Below, piece by piece: positions 1 through 12,580 of a stretch of 64,000 nt of DNA (position 1 is the first letter of the stretch; the number at the start of each line of letters is the position of its first letter). The notes under the pieces were generated by a model, which ran no database searches, was not told where the DNA came from, and was given only the letters and a program-made list of their open reading frames with translations. The position numbers were made by a program, and so were the translations under genes. This DNA is from Octopus bimaculoides (Eukaryota), in assembly GCF_001194135.2 (NCBI RefSeq), contig NC_068984.1, positions 70,182,235 to 70,246,234 of the forward strand, written 5' to 3'.

Positions 1-189
1 TTTTCTGGATTATTTTTAAATTTTATTCTTGAGAGCAGTTGGGTTCATTTTTAGTATTCTTATTTGTGAGAGCAGTCGAGTTTATATCAGATATTTGCAT
101 TTTAAAAATCATCTCTGGCTAATCATTGAGTGTATGTTGATGTTGCTTTGGCAGAGGTTTGCACTCTCTGAGTGCTCTTGTTATCATTA

Positions 190-775
190 TTATTATTTTC
201 ATATTCACTCAACAGATTAGACTATTGGGAAAGAAAAGAATCCTAGCATCAGACTACAAGTAGTCTTACATGTCAATGATCCTCCTATTGGGTTACAGCA
301 AGTAACCTTAGATGCCAAGAACGCTCCAAAGTATCTTAGCTGTCCCCAATAACATTGTTTTCTGGAGCTGTACTAAATTGGGTTTTATGCCTATTTCCCC
401 CATCCATCTGTTCAGATCTTTAGGGATAATTCCTAATGCACCTATAAAACCTGGAATACATTTAGCCAGCACTTTCCTTAGACTCTGTAATTCAATAGCT
501 AGGTCCTGGTGCTTTGCAACTTTTTCTCTATCTCTCATATTAATTTTTTCAGCATTTGAGACTGTAAAGTCAATAATCTGGCACTTTCTCTCCACTTTAT
601 CTACTACTACCAAATCAGGCCTTCAAGCTTCTGTTACTCGGTCAGTCTGAATGTTAAAGTCCCACAACATCATGTATTTCTTACTTTCTAGTATTTTACT
701 TGGTTCATGTTCATACCATTTATCAGCATGCTCAAATCCTAGCTTTCTACATAACTCCCAGCAGATACTCTCCTT
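190..775 (-). mobile_element. Dong/R4-clade non-LTR retrotransposon, 5'-truncated 3' end (restriction-like endonuclease domain)
   Basis: Minus-strand translation CWELCRKLGFEHADKWYEHEPSKILESKKYMMLWDFNIQTDRVTEA*RPDLVVVDK...IID...LQKTMLLGTAKILWSVLGI* matches the PD-(D/E)xK C-terminus of R4/Dong/Hero elements. It has one in-frame stop, and the 3' UTR ends in a short (TAA)n at about 181-195. Confidence 0.85.
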
Positions 776-799
776 ATCAACTGGATAAGGTCAAGCAAC

Positions 800-1320
800 A
801 GACAAGCAAATCTGTGGTACTGAGAAGAGTATTTGTTGTGGGAAGGTCTCATTAATAAGGCTGAGAATGTGGTCAATGGTAAATTTCACGAAAGAAATGG
901 CAGTGGATCAGAAAGGTAGTAAGTAGCAGTATAGAAAGGGTGTAGAGCAGCAGTATAGAAAGGGTGTAGAGCAGCAGTATATAAATATATAAGTAGATGA
1001 GATATAGAGAGATGTCAAGAGTGGAATGTGTGTGAAAAGGATGCACAATGCTTTAGATGGAGGTCAGAGGTATGTAGGGTGGATATAGTGACTGGCAAAA
1101 CAAAGGTGAGTGTATCAATGGCAACTCCCTCTCATATCTGCGTGTTGAGTGATAGAAGATATAAGAGGGTGTTGTGGGTGCGGTATAGAAGTCATAAGAA
1201 TAAAAGGGTGTTCTGTGGAAATATGGTGGGAAGGGGTGATATTGAGAATGAGGGATGGGTAATAGAGGGTGTGGTTGGTTCTAAGGAATGGAATAACTGG
1301 TAGTGCAAAAAGAGATGAAA
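800..1320 (-). mobile_element. possible highly decayed Penelope-like RT fragment
   Basis: Minus-strand QI*EGVAIDT resembles the QxxGVAMGT RT motif. The rest is disrupted and includes a 24-bp tandem repeat at about 925-980. Confidence 0.25.
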
Positions 1321-2622
1321 TGTGTACAGTTCTGCTCTCATATAGTTACACCAACTGACTGAACAGTGCAGCAGTTAAAAGAGTGAGGAAGGGAAAGTTA
1401 AGGTGTGGGGAAAGCTTGAAAGGGACAAATTCATTTGCATACCATTGTGTAGCTTGAGATAATAATAGAAGACATATGTCCAAGTTACAGAGTAGTCAGA
1501 TTGAACCTGAAAACCATATAATCATAAAATCAAACATCTTAATCACACTGTCAGCCTTAATATGTGCATTTCTTTGAAAAGATAATTTTAAAAGTGGAGG
1601 TAGACTGTGAAATCTTCCAGGCTATGCTAAGCATATACCATTAGTTAATGAACTTGTGCTTTTTGTCTTTCATTATCAATCTAGCCAATGTAGCAATCAC
1701 CATTGTTACTCAGTTCTAAAATACTTGTCTGCAGAAATCAGATGGCAAAAGTATTAATAGTAAAAGCTAAACCTCCACAGAGACTGTTTTCTCTGTTATA
1801 ATAAGAACCAAAGCAAAAAAATAAGTAAAAAAAAAATAAAAAATCACATAGTAATAAAATATTGATAGCAATTATTACAGCTGAAAATTTAGTCATGATT
1901 TTCCACCTATTGCTTCTTTAAAATATTTCCTTATTCAGCTCAGTATGTGTAAATATTTGTCATGATATTCCCAGCAGCTATTTGACTGTCTGTTAACATT
2001 GTTATAAGTTGTTAGATATCTAATGTAAACCAATTTATCCAGAGCCAGATATGAAGTTGAGTTTATAAGTAATCCTCAAGCAATGAATCAACTAAGACAC
2101 ACATTGATATATATATGGTACAATAATTCTGTAAGCTGTTATTGTAGTTTAACCTTAAGTCAGGTCATGTTAGAATAGGCCTGTAATGAAGGGCATTCCA
2201 TTAATTTGTCTAACATGTTTTTACTCTTTTAAGATGGCAGCATGTGCTTTGAGAGAATTCTGCTGCCATTTCATGCAGCTTGAGTTCGTCTTTTTTCAAA
2301 TTGTTGTTTAGTTAGGCGCTTTTTCATTTGATCATTACAAAGATAATTTATTGAACTGTAAATTGACTATACAATAATGATTTCTAACATTGGTACTATC
2401 GACTCCAGTTCTTGACTGGCCCTTGATTTTATCATCCCAGAAGAAATAAAGGTTAAGCTGAAATTCATAACATTTAAGCAAAGAATTTAAAGAATCTTAA
2501 ACTAAATTAGGTAAGATATTTTGTTCAGCACTCACTTGTTTTTATCAATTCACTAATCTTTAAAATAACATAAAAAAGCTGCATTGTTGGTATTGCTTTT
2601 GTTGTTACTGTTGTTGTTGTTA

Positions 2623-2817
2623 AGGTGGTGAGCTGGCAGAATTGTTAGCAAGCTGAGTAAAATGCGTCATGGTGTTTCATCTGTCTAAACATTCTGAGTT
2701 CAAATTCCAATGAGGTCAACTTTGCTTTTCATTTTTATCAGTTGAGCACTGGGGCTGATGTAATTAACTTACCACTTTCCCTGAAAATTGCTGGCTTTAT
2801 GCCAAAATTTGAAACCA
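2623..2817 (+). mobile_element. SINE family B (tRNA-headed)
   Basis: ggtggtgagctggcagaattgttag...ctgagttcaaattcc..gaggtcaactttgc. The same sequence recurs at 17955, 27745, 43520, 58258 and 58520. Confidence 0.8.
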
Positions 2818-2823
2818 TTATTA

Positions 2824-2890
<67 letters not shown>
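2818..2890. repeat. (ATT)n microsatellite at SINE tail
   Basis: Directly visible. Confidence 0.98.
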
Positions 2891-3081
2891 GTTTGACTTT
2901 GCTTTATACTTGTATAAGTTGATTCCAAGTCTCACCCAGAGACCTCAAGAGACAACAAATCAGAAGTTCAAGTTGATGTTATGCCTAAGGTGTCATATAT
3001 TTAGTTTTGCACATAGTATTGTTCTAGAGAATGTTTAAGAAAACCCTTTAAGAAAACAGAAGAAAATTTGTTCTAGTGAAT

Positions 3082-3278
3082 TCTTTTATTTGTTTCAGTC
3101 ATTTGACTGTGGCCATGCTGGAGCACCACCTTATTCTTTGTAAGCCTAGTACTTATTCTATTCATCTCTTTTGCTGAACTGCTAAATGACAGGGACGTAA
3201 ACACACCAACATCGGTTGTCAAGCGATGGTGGAGGTACAAATGCAGATACAAATAACAAACACACACATACATATATG

Positions 3279-3351
<73 letters not shown>

Positions 3352-3507
3352 GAAGGGCTTCTTTCAGTTTCCATCTACCAAATCCACTCACAAGGCTTTT
3401 GGGCGACGTGAGGCTATAGTAGAAGACACTTGCCCAAAGTGCCATGCAATGGGACTGAACCCGGAACTATGTGGTTAGTAAGCAAGCGTCTTATCACACA
3501 GCCACTC
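3082..3507 (-). mobile_element. SINE family A, full length with central (TA)/(CA) microsatellite
   Basis: Reverse complement of the 20967-21378 copy along its whole length. Confidence 0.9.
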
Positions 3508-3529
3508 ATGTGCCTATGTTTAAGAAAAT

Positions 3530-3542
3530 TCTTCTTCTTCTT

Positions 3543-3609
<67 letters not shown>

Positions 3610-3646
3610 GCAATATTATTATTACCATCATCATAATCATCATCAT

Positions 3647-3684
<38 letters not shown>

Positions 3685-3691
3685 TATTATC
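3530..3691. repeat. compound microsatellite (CTT)n(ATT)n(CAT)n
   Basis: Directly visible. Confidence 0.98.
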
Positions 3692-4530
3692 CTATTTGTC
3701 ATTTATGGCTTCTGTTCATTATGACTTTATTTCAGCTGCCTTAGTACTAGGCATCCTCCAGAGGCCAAGAGTAACAAGTGTACTTTTGTTTTGTTATGCA
3801 TGCTAAAATTATCACCCAATTTACTCCATTTTAGATGGAGAGTGCTTTCCGTAGTATATGGGCTGTACCCATCAAGGTTATCTTTTGTAGTTCATAGAGA
3901 TTGGAGTTACCAGGGAGTTGCTTAATATACTTCTCAGCTCTCTTCTTTATCATTCCCAATGCACTAGTTACTACAGGTATTATCGTAGTACTAAGCTTCC
4001 ACAGTTTTGTAGTTTCAGTTTGCAGATCAGTGAGAAATCTTTTCGTATTCCTTTCTTGAGACATTTTGATCTTGTGGGACAGACATATCTATTAACAGAC
4101 AAGTTCCTCTGTTGTAGTCCTTGATCCCACTGTCTGGTAGATTGGAGTCAAATTTTCTGTCTGTTTGTGTCGGGAAGTGCCAAAGGATGGTGATACCCTC
4201 ACCATTTACTACATCCTCTGGATGGTGCTTGTACCACTTACCATGGGATTTAATTTCGCAGTAGTTACAAGCATTCCATGGGATGTACTGCCCTAGTCTG
4301 TCATGTCTTATGAGTTACTTCTTTTCAGTGAGGACTGGGCAGCCAGAAACAACATGATCAATTGTTTCTGTGAATTTTCTGCAAATTCTGCAAGAGAGAT
4401 CAGATCCATCTTTCAGGACGTTTGTATGGTAATTTCTGGTAGGTAAGCTCTGATCTTGCACTGCAATAACAAAACCTTCTGTTTCCATTTTCAGACCTGT
4501 CGCTTGTAGCCATTAGTGTGTAAATTTTGA
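3692..4530 (-). mobile_element. Dong/R4-clade non-LTR retrotransposon, 5'-truncated (CCHC knuckle plus RLE)
   Basis: Minus-strand WLQATGLKMETEGFVIAVQDQSLPTRNY...CRICRKFTETIDHVVSGCPVL..RHD...KWYKHHP...ILWHFPTQTDR...LQKITLMGTAHILRKALSI* (stop at 3831), with frameshifts and stops. Confidence 0.9.
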
Positions 4531-4536
4531 TCAAAA

Positions 4537-4593
4537 TTATCATCATCATCATCATCATCATCATTGCAACTACTACTACTACTACTACTACTG

Positions 4594-4647
<54 letters not shown>

Positions 4648-4680
4648 ATACTACTACTACTACTACCACCACTACTATTA
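4537..4680. repeat. (ATC)n(ACT)n microsatellite
   Basis: Directly visible. Confidence 0.98.
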
Positions 4681-5334
4681 GTACACTGGACAAAATATTC
4701 AGTGGCTTATTGTCTCCCTTTATGTACTGAATTCAAATTCCACTGAGGTCAGTTTTGTCTTTCATTGACTTTTTTTCTCTTTTCAAACACTATTGGTCCT
4801 GTGCCAAAATTTGGAACCATTTGTTGTTGTTTTGGTATTGGTATTAGTAGAATGCCCTTCTAAGTCACTCATAAGCTTTGTATATGTTAACTGAGATTTA
4901 ATGATCCATGATTTGAAAGTTTTGCTTTGTGCTGTTAGGAAGATAACTAGGATCATGAAGGGTTGGTTAATTCTTTATTTTTACCATTAGGTGATGAAGT
5001 TTGAAGATCTTTTTGGAATTTATCCATTGTTTAAAAAGAAAAACATGGAATCAAAATTTTCATCAGGAAGTTAGAGAGAGTTAAACACAAGCTGCTACTT
5101 CCCACATCTTAAATGAAAAGACCTCTACTAATGTTCACAGGAGCAGCATCAACAACGACAATGGGAACCTAAATGGAAGGACTGACAGTGACACTAGCAC
5201 CACCACTTCCACCACCAGCAAAGGCAAAATTGCAATAAACCAATAAAGGTAAGGATAACAAAAGTAAAGAAACAGCATTGAAAATGAGGATGATAAAATA
5301 TAAAATTTAGCAACAGCAACAATACACCATATGT

Positions 5335-5550
5335 ATGTGTGTTTGTGTGTCTGTGTTTGCCCCCACCACCATTGCTTAACAACCGATGCTGGTGTGTTTA
5401 CGTCCCCGTAACTTAGTGGTTCGGCAAAAAGAGACCGATAGAATAAGTACTAGGCTTATAAAGAATAAGTCCTTGGGTCGATTTTCGTGACTAAAGGCAG
5501 TGCTCCAGCATGGCTGCAGTCAAATGACTGAAACAAGTAAAGGAGTAAAT
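5335..5550 (+). mobile_element. SINE family A, 3' half
   Basis: caaccgatgctggtgtgtttacgtccccgtaacttag...gctccagcatggctgcagtcaaatgactgaaac matches the 3' half of the 20967 copy. Confidence 0.85.
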
Positions 5551-5624
5551 GTGAAAGCATATGAAATGCTTGGACAGCAGAATGTGTCTTTTCTGCAATT
5601 TTCTTTATTCCATAGTAATATTGA

Positions 5625-6366
5625 GGCAGACAGTATGATGCCTGTGTATGTACTGCTATGCCACATGGCAATGAAACATTAGCTTTGACAACAGAGGACT
5701 TACAAAGGCTTGAAAGAAATGAAGCTAGCATTCTCTGCTTGATGGATAATGTCAGTGAGCACACAAGACAAAATGTAAACCATTTAAGAGGTAAACTGTG
5801 CATAAGAGGCATCAGATGTTGTAAGAGAGAGGACTGCTCTGGTTTGGTCACATGATGTATAAGGACAGCTGCATAAAAAAGTGCTGATTCCTTTTTGTAG
5901 AGGAAACGTATGAAAGATTTATTGTGGAGAAAATCTGTGATAGATTCAGGATGATGTGGGATGAAGTGATGAGAAAGGATCTTCAGATTCTGGGCCTCAC
6001 TGAGGAAATAACTAGCAACTGGGAGTTGCGGTAATTTGCTGTACTTGAGAAGACACATTGACTCAGGTAAAATCACTGCCATCCATACATACAGGCTTGT
6101 CCTTTATAGATACCTGAGCCACATAAAATGCACTTGTGCTGGTGCTGCACAGATGCACCTGTGCCAGTGGCACGTAAAATGCACCCAGCACACTCTGTAA
6201 AGTGGTTGGCATTAGGAAGGGCATCCAACCAGAGAAATAATGACACAACAACTGAAGTCAGGACTGATAATTAAAGTCAGGACAGGTCCCCAACTGGCCA
6301 ATTCCTGTCAAACCATCCAACCCATGCCAGCATGGGAAAAGGACATTAAAAGATGATGATGATGAT
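5625..6366 (+). mobile_element. RTE-clade LINE 3' end (RT C-terminus, 3' UTR, (GAT)n tail)
   Basis: RQYDACVCTAMPHGNETLALTTEDLQRLERNEASILCLMDNVS...LWFGH...WDEVMRKDLQILGLTEE, then a UTR containing ggttggcattaggaagggcatcc and a gatgatgatgat tail. Confidence 0.85.
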
Positions 6367-6985
6367 TAAATGTACTCCTCACACTGAACTGTTTAATACA
6401 ATTTAATTATGGAAAACTGAAAACTTCTAGGTAAAGTGAAAACAAGTTGTTAAATTATATGTTATAGTGTGTAAAATGAAAAATTATTATGAGAACAATA
6501 AATAAAAATTATATGAAATTACAATAAATGAAAATTACGCCACTATTTATCTTTGATAAGTGTCCAGTATAAACAATATTTTCAGTGAAATGACTTTCTG
6601 TTTTTTTTTTTTTATGAGTCTGAATGCCAACCATTCTATTATTCTATTCTATATAATATCATATTCCTTTAATGTTGTAATTTAACTGTTGATACACACA
6701 CACACACACACACACATACACACGCACGCGCACACACATGTATGCATATGTTTGTAGATATGACTGTGAGTGTATGAGTGTGTGTGTCAGAGTATGTATG
6801 TGTGTGTGATTGTGAGTATATATATATATATATACAAACACATATATCTATATCTATATATCTATCTATCTATATATGAATATATATATGCATATATATC
6901 ATATATATATACACACATACATATATATATATACACACACACACGCATGCATATATATATATATATATATATATCATATATATAT

Positions 6986-7151
6986 NNNNNNNNNNNNNNN
7001 NNNNNNNNNNNNNNNNNNNNNNNNNNNNNNNNNNNNNNNNNNNNNNNNNNNNNNNNNNNNNNNNNNNNNNNNNNNNNNNNNNNNNNNNNNNNNNNNNNNN
7101 NNNNNNNNNNNNNNNNNNNNNNNNNNNNNNNNNNNNNNNNNNNNNNNNNNN
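6986..7151. other. assembly gap (others: 8529-8618, 14974-15250, 17008-17764, 18711-18991, 22753-22883, 36043-36304, 41579-41641, 43361-43464)
   Basis: N runs, mostly flanked by (TA)n, (CA)n or (GA)n. Confidence 1.
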
Positions 7152-7894
7152 AAAGAAAAGAAATTAATAATAATTTTTCATTTTTTACCATGTATAGTAG
7201 TGTATAGTATCAAATTATATACTTTTATTCTAACAAAGATAACATGACACTTTCACTTTGCCAAGAAGCCTTCACTTCTTCAATTTATGGAGATGAGAGA
7301 TTTTAGTGAGTCTGTATTTTTAGTGTGTCTTTAGTTATGTTTAAGCCTCTTTTTCATTTAAAGATATATATATTTCATTAACTAACCTTACCAAATGCCA
7401 ATAAATTCATTAGAGCTTTATTTCAGTTGCCTATACCTTAAATTCTTCCCATTATGTAATATTATTATTAATATTTTTTTTATTTTTTGTATTGCTACAT
7501 TTGAAAGAGCAAGGATTTGGATTTGCTAATGTCACATTTCTGATAGTAAAGTGTCTTAATTCTTTCACTATCTCTGTTCTTTCATTGACTCTATTTCTAA
7601 TGACTAGACAGTATATATGTTTCAATTAATTTTAAATATAATAATGATTTCGGTAAAGTTTAGCAAAGTATCTGCAACTTTCTATGAGCTTTCCTTGGAC
7701 TATCTGTAACTTTATATGAGCTTTTCTTGGACTATTTTCGTTCTCTGAAACGTTCCTCTCTCTTCTTTCTGACAAAGAGCCATGCTCGAAACATTATACA
7801 CCCACTCTTTTTTCCTGTCTTATATTGAGCATCACCCTAATACATTCTATGTGTATGCTTTTTTGACTTTTGTTGTCTTGTTATTTTTATTACT

Positions 7895-8088
7895 GATTTG
7901 CCTGGCTCCTGTGCAGGTAGCATGTAAAAAACACCATTTGAGCGTGGCCATAGCCAGTATCACCTGACTGACCCTCATGCATGTAGCACGAAAAGCAGCC
8001 ACTACACTCAGTCCTCAGTCAAATTCTCCAACCCGTGCTAGCATGGAAAGCGGATGTTAAACAATGATGCTGATGATGATGATGATGA
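7895..8088 (+). mobile_element. RTE-family 3' UTR fragment with (GAT)n tail
   Basis: ccaacccgtgctagcatggaaagcggatgttaaacaatgatg matches the tails at 6320 and 63700. Confidence 0.75.
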
Positions 8089-8149
8089 TATATATATATA
8101 TATATATACATGCATACATATATACATACATTCATATATATATATACAA

Positions 8150-8482
8150 GTGTGTTCATGCAGCACCTGCATGGATGCATTTCATGTGGCACTGGCACCT
8201 GAAAAAACAAGCCTGTATGTGCAGAAGACTGATTTTACCCAGCTTCACACTCCTTATCAAGTGCAGCAAATCATCACATCTCTCAGTACCTTGTCATTTC
8301 CTCAGTGAGGCCCAGTATCCGAAAATCCTTTCTTACCACTTCATCTCACGTCTTCCTGAGTCAACCTCTTCCACGGGTACCCTTTACAATTAGAGCTCAG
8401 CACTTCTTTACATAGCTGTTCTCATCCATACACATCACATGACCAAGCCAGTGCAGTCTTCTCTCTTGCACACATCTGATGC
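8150..8482 (-). mobile_element. RTE LINE RT C-terminus
   Basis: Minus-strand GIRCVQERRLHWLGHVMCMDENSYVKKC...DEVVRKDFRILGLTEEMT, homologous to 5800-6070. Confidence 0.85.
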
Positions 8483-8528
<46 letters not shown>

Positions 8529-8676
8529 NNNNNNNNNNNNNNNNNNNNNNNNNNNNNNNNNNNNNNNNNNNNNNNNNNNNNNNNNNNNNNNNNNNNNNNN
8601 NNNNNNNNNNNNNNNNNNTATCAGTCATCAGTCATCAGGGAAAGAGAGAGAGAGAAACTCACACACACACAAACAC

Positions 8677-8711
<35 letters not shown>

Positions 8712-8724
8712 CACACATGCACAA

Positions 8725-8880
8725 CCGGTTCCTTTCATATTCCATCAATCAAATTCATTCACAAGGCTTTGGTAGGCCCAAGAGGCTGTAGTAGAAGACA
8801 TTTGCCTAAGGTGCTATACAGTGTGACTGAAACTGGAACCATGTGTTTAGGAAACGAACTTCTTACAACAAAGCCACACT
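8725..8880 (-). mobile_element. SINE family A, 5' half
   Basis: cacaaggctttggtagg...gtagaagacatttgcctaaggtgc...ggaaccatgtg. Confidence 0.75.
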
Positions 8881-10179
8881 ATTTCATGCCCAACAGAAAC
8901 CTCACTACATCTTACTTGATATAACATGATGTTCATTGAGAATTTAATTAAAATATAATAGAGCCTTTTAGTTTGTAGCAGGGTTCTCAGGTAAGTTAAT
9001 GTTAATTCTTATCCTGGCAGTTATATTATAATTACAGTTCAGTCTCATAGCATGAATCAGATCTTTTTAATATTCTTTTTTCTTATATTGTAAAATTGGA
9101 AAGCAAAATTTTACTTGACAAAGATTTAAATTTTGATATTGGAAGGAGAATTTAAGATAAGCACCTTAAAGCTTTTACTCTTCTGCTGTGTCATATCTGA
9201 CAATTTTATCATCCTTTTCTTCATTTAATATTGAATGCCTTTCAATCCAACAGTGTTCTTGCATGAATAAATTAATAACCCAATGTAATTAACTTCTGCT
9301 TGTGAACAAAATGTTTGCATGTTCTTGCCACTGTTAATTCCTAGCATGTCTCTGTGATAATGAATCATTTTTGCCAGCTACATTGTGACTTAACTAACCA
9401 TATAACCTTTACCTAATCACCAATATGATTTTCCTCTCTAATCTTCAAGTTGAATGGCTGCCAGTTCTGAACTTTGCATTGTTGCAAAATTGTTATTGAT
9501 TTCAAAGAGAGAGATATTTATGATTTTTCTTGTAAATTCACTGAAAGTTACTGCTTCTTCAGTTGTTTCATATCTTGCAGAAATAATAATAAATTGTATT
9601 TAATTAATAAACTCTGAAGTAGATAATGCTATGGCGATAAAGAAAACAAATTAATTTTAATCACTGAGTCAATTAACATTTTAGCCAGTTGGGGCACTGA
9701 TATTTGACCCAATGCTTATTAAAGGTTTATTATTTGGAAATAGTATGCTTGTTTTGAAATACGGCTTTGGAAGTTGGGAAATTCATTAAAGGGAAATTTA
9801 ATTCAGAATTTTTATCACATTTAATACCATGCAGCTCAGTGAAATCACTTGATTCTCTGTTGCACACAAGAAATTTAATACAGAGTGAAATTGGGTGTGT
9901 TCTGGTTTTAGAAGATATACATAATGCCTTTGTGTGAGATAACAACAAAATTTGGAGACAGGAGAAGTAAAACAGCCTGCTCTTAAACACAACCTCAGTA
10001 AAGCCATCCAACCTATTCTGACATAGAAGGAAACATAAAATGCTGACATTAACAAGGATAACATTGGGTAATGTCAAAAACATGGTTCAAAAGCTATGTA
10101 TTGTAACTCAAATATGTATGAGGCAAAATATATCCTCATTCAAGAGATAAAATAACCAAAGATGAATAAATACACAGTA

Positions 10180-11400
10180 AGGTATGTTACAAATCTGGGC
10201 ATGCTGTTGTATAACTTAGATGGAAACATCATATACCTTACAAGGATACCTACACATATCTATTCAAGGATATGTAGCCTTATAGTCATTGAAGGATATT
10301 TAATCTTATATCCATATGGGTATAGCTGAACATAGATGCATACTAGGATGTTGAATATTCTGTTCGTAAAAGAATACCCAGTATTATTTCAACATAAGAA
10401 TAACGAATCTCATACATACAAGGATATATAACCTTACATCCATTCAAAGATATCCAAACTTGTATCTTTACATTGAAAATGTTTTATCTATAAAGGATGT
10501 GTAAGGTTATATTCAGATGTATAAGGTTATCCAAGCTTATATCTATACATGAATATCCTATCACATTGTGGCACTCCATCGGTTATGATGACAAGGGTTC
10601 CAATTGATCCGATCAATGGAGCAGCCTGCTTATGAAATTAACGGGCAAGTGTACCCTTAGCTTAGTTTTTGGGGAGATTTAGTGTGACACAGAGTGTGTC
10701 AGAGTGTGACACAGAGTTTGACAAATGCAGATACAACAGAAACAGGAAGAAAGAGTGAGAGAAAGTTGTGCTGAAAGAGTACAGTTGAGTTCGCCATCAC
10801 CCCCTGTCAGAGGCTCATGGAGCTTTAGGTGTTTTTGTTCAATAAACACTCACAATGCTCAGTCTCAGAATTGAAACTGCAATCCTACGACCATAAGTTC
10901 GCTGCCCTGACCACTGGGCCATTGCGTCTCCACACCCTATCACATGTCTATACAAGGACATGCAGTATTATATCCATACAAAGGTATACAATCTTACAAG
11001 GATATGCAATCTCATATCCAAGCTAATAAATATCTTATACTTTAAAGGATACCATAAAAGCTTACCCAAAAATTGTAAAACTGAATATCCTTTCAAGGGT
11101 ATCAATTCTTATATTCATGCAAGAATATCCAATCTCATAACCATACAAAAATGCTAATAGTTTTAACTAAACAATGGTACTTATCTTTATATCCTTACAA
11201 TATCATCAAATCTTTTTCTTCACCACAAGTCATTTAATTGCATTTCCATACAGACATATCAAACCTTATATATCTACTAGATTATTCAATTATAAATCCA
11301 AACAAGGTTACCCAACCTTATGTCCTTGCATTTATGTCTAATCTCATATCCATACAAAAGTGCTTATTGTTAAGAAATTTAATGTTTTAGAATTGTATAG
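10180..11400. repeat. decayed minisatellite (about 27-30 bp unit, roughly aaggatatgcaatcttatatccatac), interrupted by a SINE
   Basis: caaggata / cttatatc / ccatac words recur at irregular spacing of about 30 bp on both sides of the SINE. Confidence 0.6.
10567..10935 (-). mobile_element. SINE family C with 10-bp target-site duplication
   Basis: Reverse-complement match to 16781-17007. cctatcacat is present at 10557-10566 and 10936-10945. Confidence 0.88.
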
Positions 11401-12414
11401 TTTTGCATCAAATCCTTACTTCAATTTACAAATTATAAATCCAATAAGATATCGGCAAAATTCATAAAAGCAAAAATAAAATATCTCAAATATTGACACT
11501 GAAAAAAGCAATATCAGAGAAATTAATTTGGCAAAATTACTGAAATAATATTTTTATATCTAAATCATCCTTTGGTACATTACAAAATGAGCTTTTTACT
11601 AGATTCTTATTCAAAAATGTCGGATTGAAAACTTAAATATGCATTTAAGCTATGTTAGATGAAATCTATAAAATCTAAGTAACCAGGTAAAATTGAACAA
11701 AACTAATCTCTCTAATTTTTAATCATGTTTTCATTTTGTTTCATTTTTATATTTGCTTTTCAATGCTAACCTGGATTAGACAAATATATTATTGAAGTAT
11801 TGCTAAGTAGTCAGATGTCTTTCTTGTTGCTCATACTTAACAAACTTTTTTTCCAAATAAATATCTCTTATTCAACATGTGTTTGATGTCACAAAGGCAG
11901 ACAATGATATGTTGACAGAAGAAATAACAACATCACCATTTTCGTGAAGTAACTATTGAAGAAGCATAGAAATAAACAAATACATAAATACACACATGAA
12001 TGCACCTTGACACACATGTACACCTCCCGTACATACACACACACACACACATGACAGTCTTTATTGAATTTCCTTCAGTTGAATTCACTCACAAGGTTTT
12101 GGTCAGCCTTGGGCTACAGCTGAAAACACTTGCCTAAGGTGCCAAAATGTCTTTGCTTTAGTGATAGTGAGTTAAGAAGCTGAACAAATAATCTTATAAG
12201 CATAAGTTTAACTCTTACAAATGCAAGCATATGGTACCTCTTGGGAATTTGTTCATAATACTTGACTTAGTTCTGCTGAGTAGATCTCACTCCTTTTGAC
12301 TTCAAGACAAACTGAAGATTATATCTTTTTACCTGTTTCAGTCATTTGACTGTGGCCACGCTGGAGCACTGCCAAAGAGAGAAACATGCACAGTCTGTAT
12401 GGAAATTTAAACAA

Positions 12415-12580
12415 TTGTTTGACAACCGGTATTGGTGTGTTCAGTGGTTTGGGAAAAGAGACTGAAAAATAAGGACTAGGCTTGAAAAAAATAAGTCTTG
12501 AGGTTGATTAGTTTAATTAAAACCCTTTAAGGTGATGCTTTATCATGGCGACAATCAAATTACTGAAACAAGTAAAAGGT
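12415..12580 (+). mobile_element. SINE family A, decayed 3' half (an opposite-strand tail fragment lies at 12325-12375)
   Basis: gacaaccggtattggtgtgtt...aataaggactaggcttg...caaattactgaaacaagtaaaa. Confidence 0.65.

Noticed and set aside
2738-4746. ORFs with poly-I, poly-L, poly-T, poly-V or YI repeats
   Set aside because: They are translations of microsatellites.
5140-5250. Plus-strand exon-like segment with GTAAGG donor
   Set aside because: Stops in all frames, low complexity.
5456-6082. 208-aa minus-strand ORF
   Set aside because: It is antisense to an RTE fragment and a SINE; no recognisable protein.
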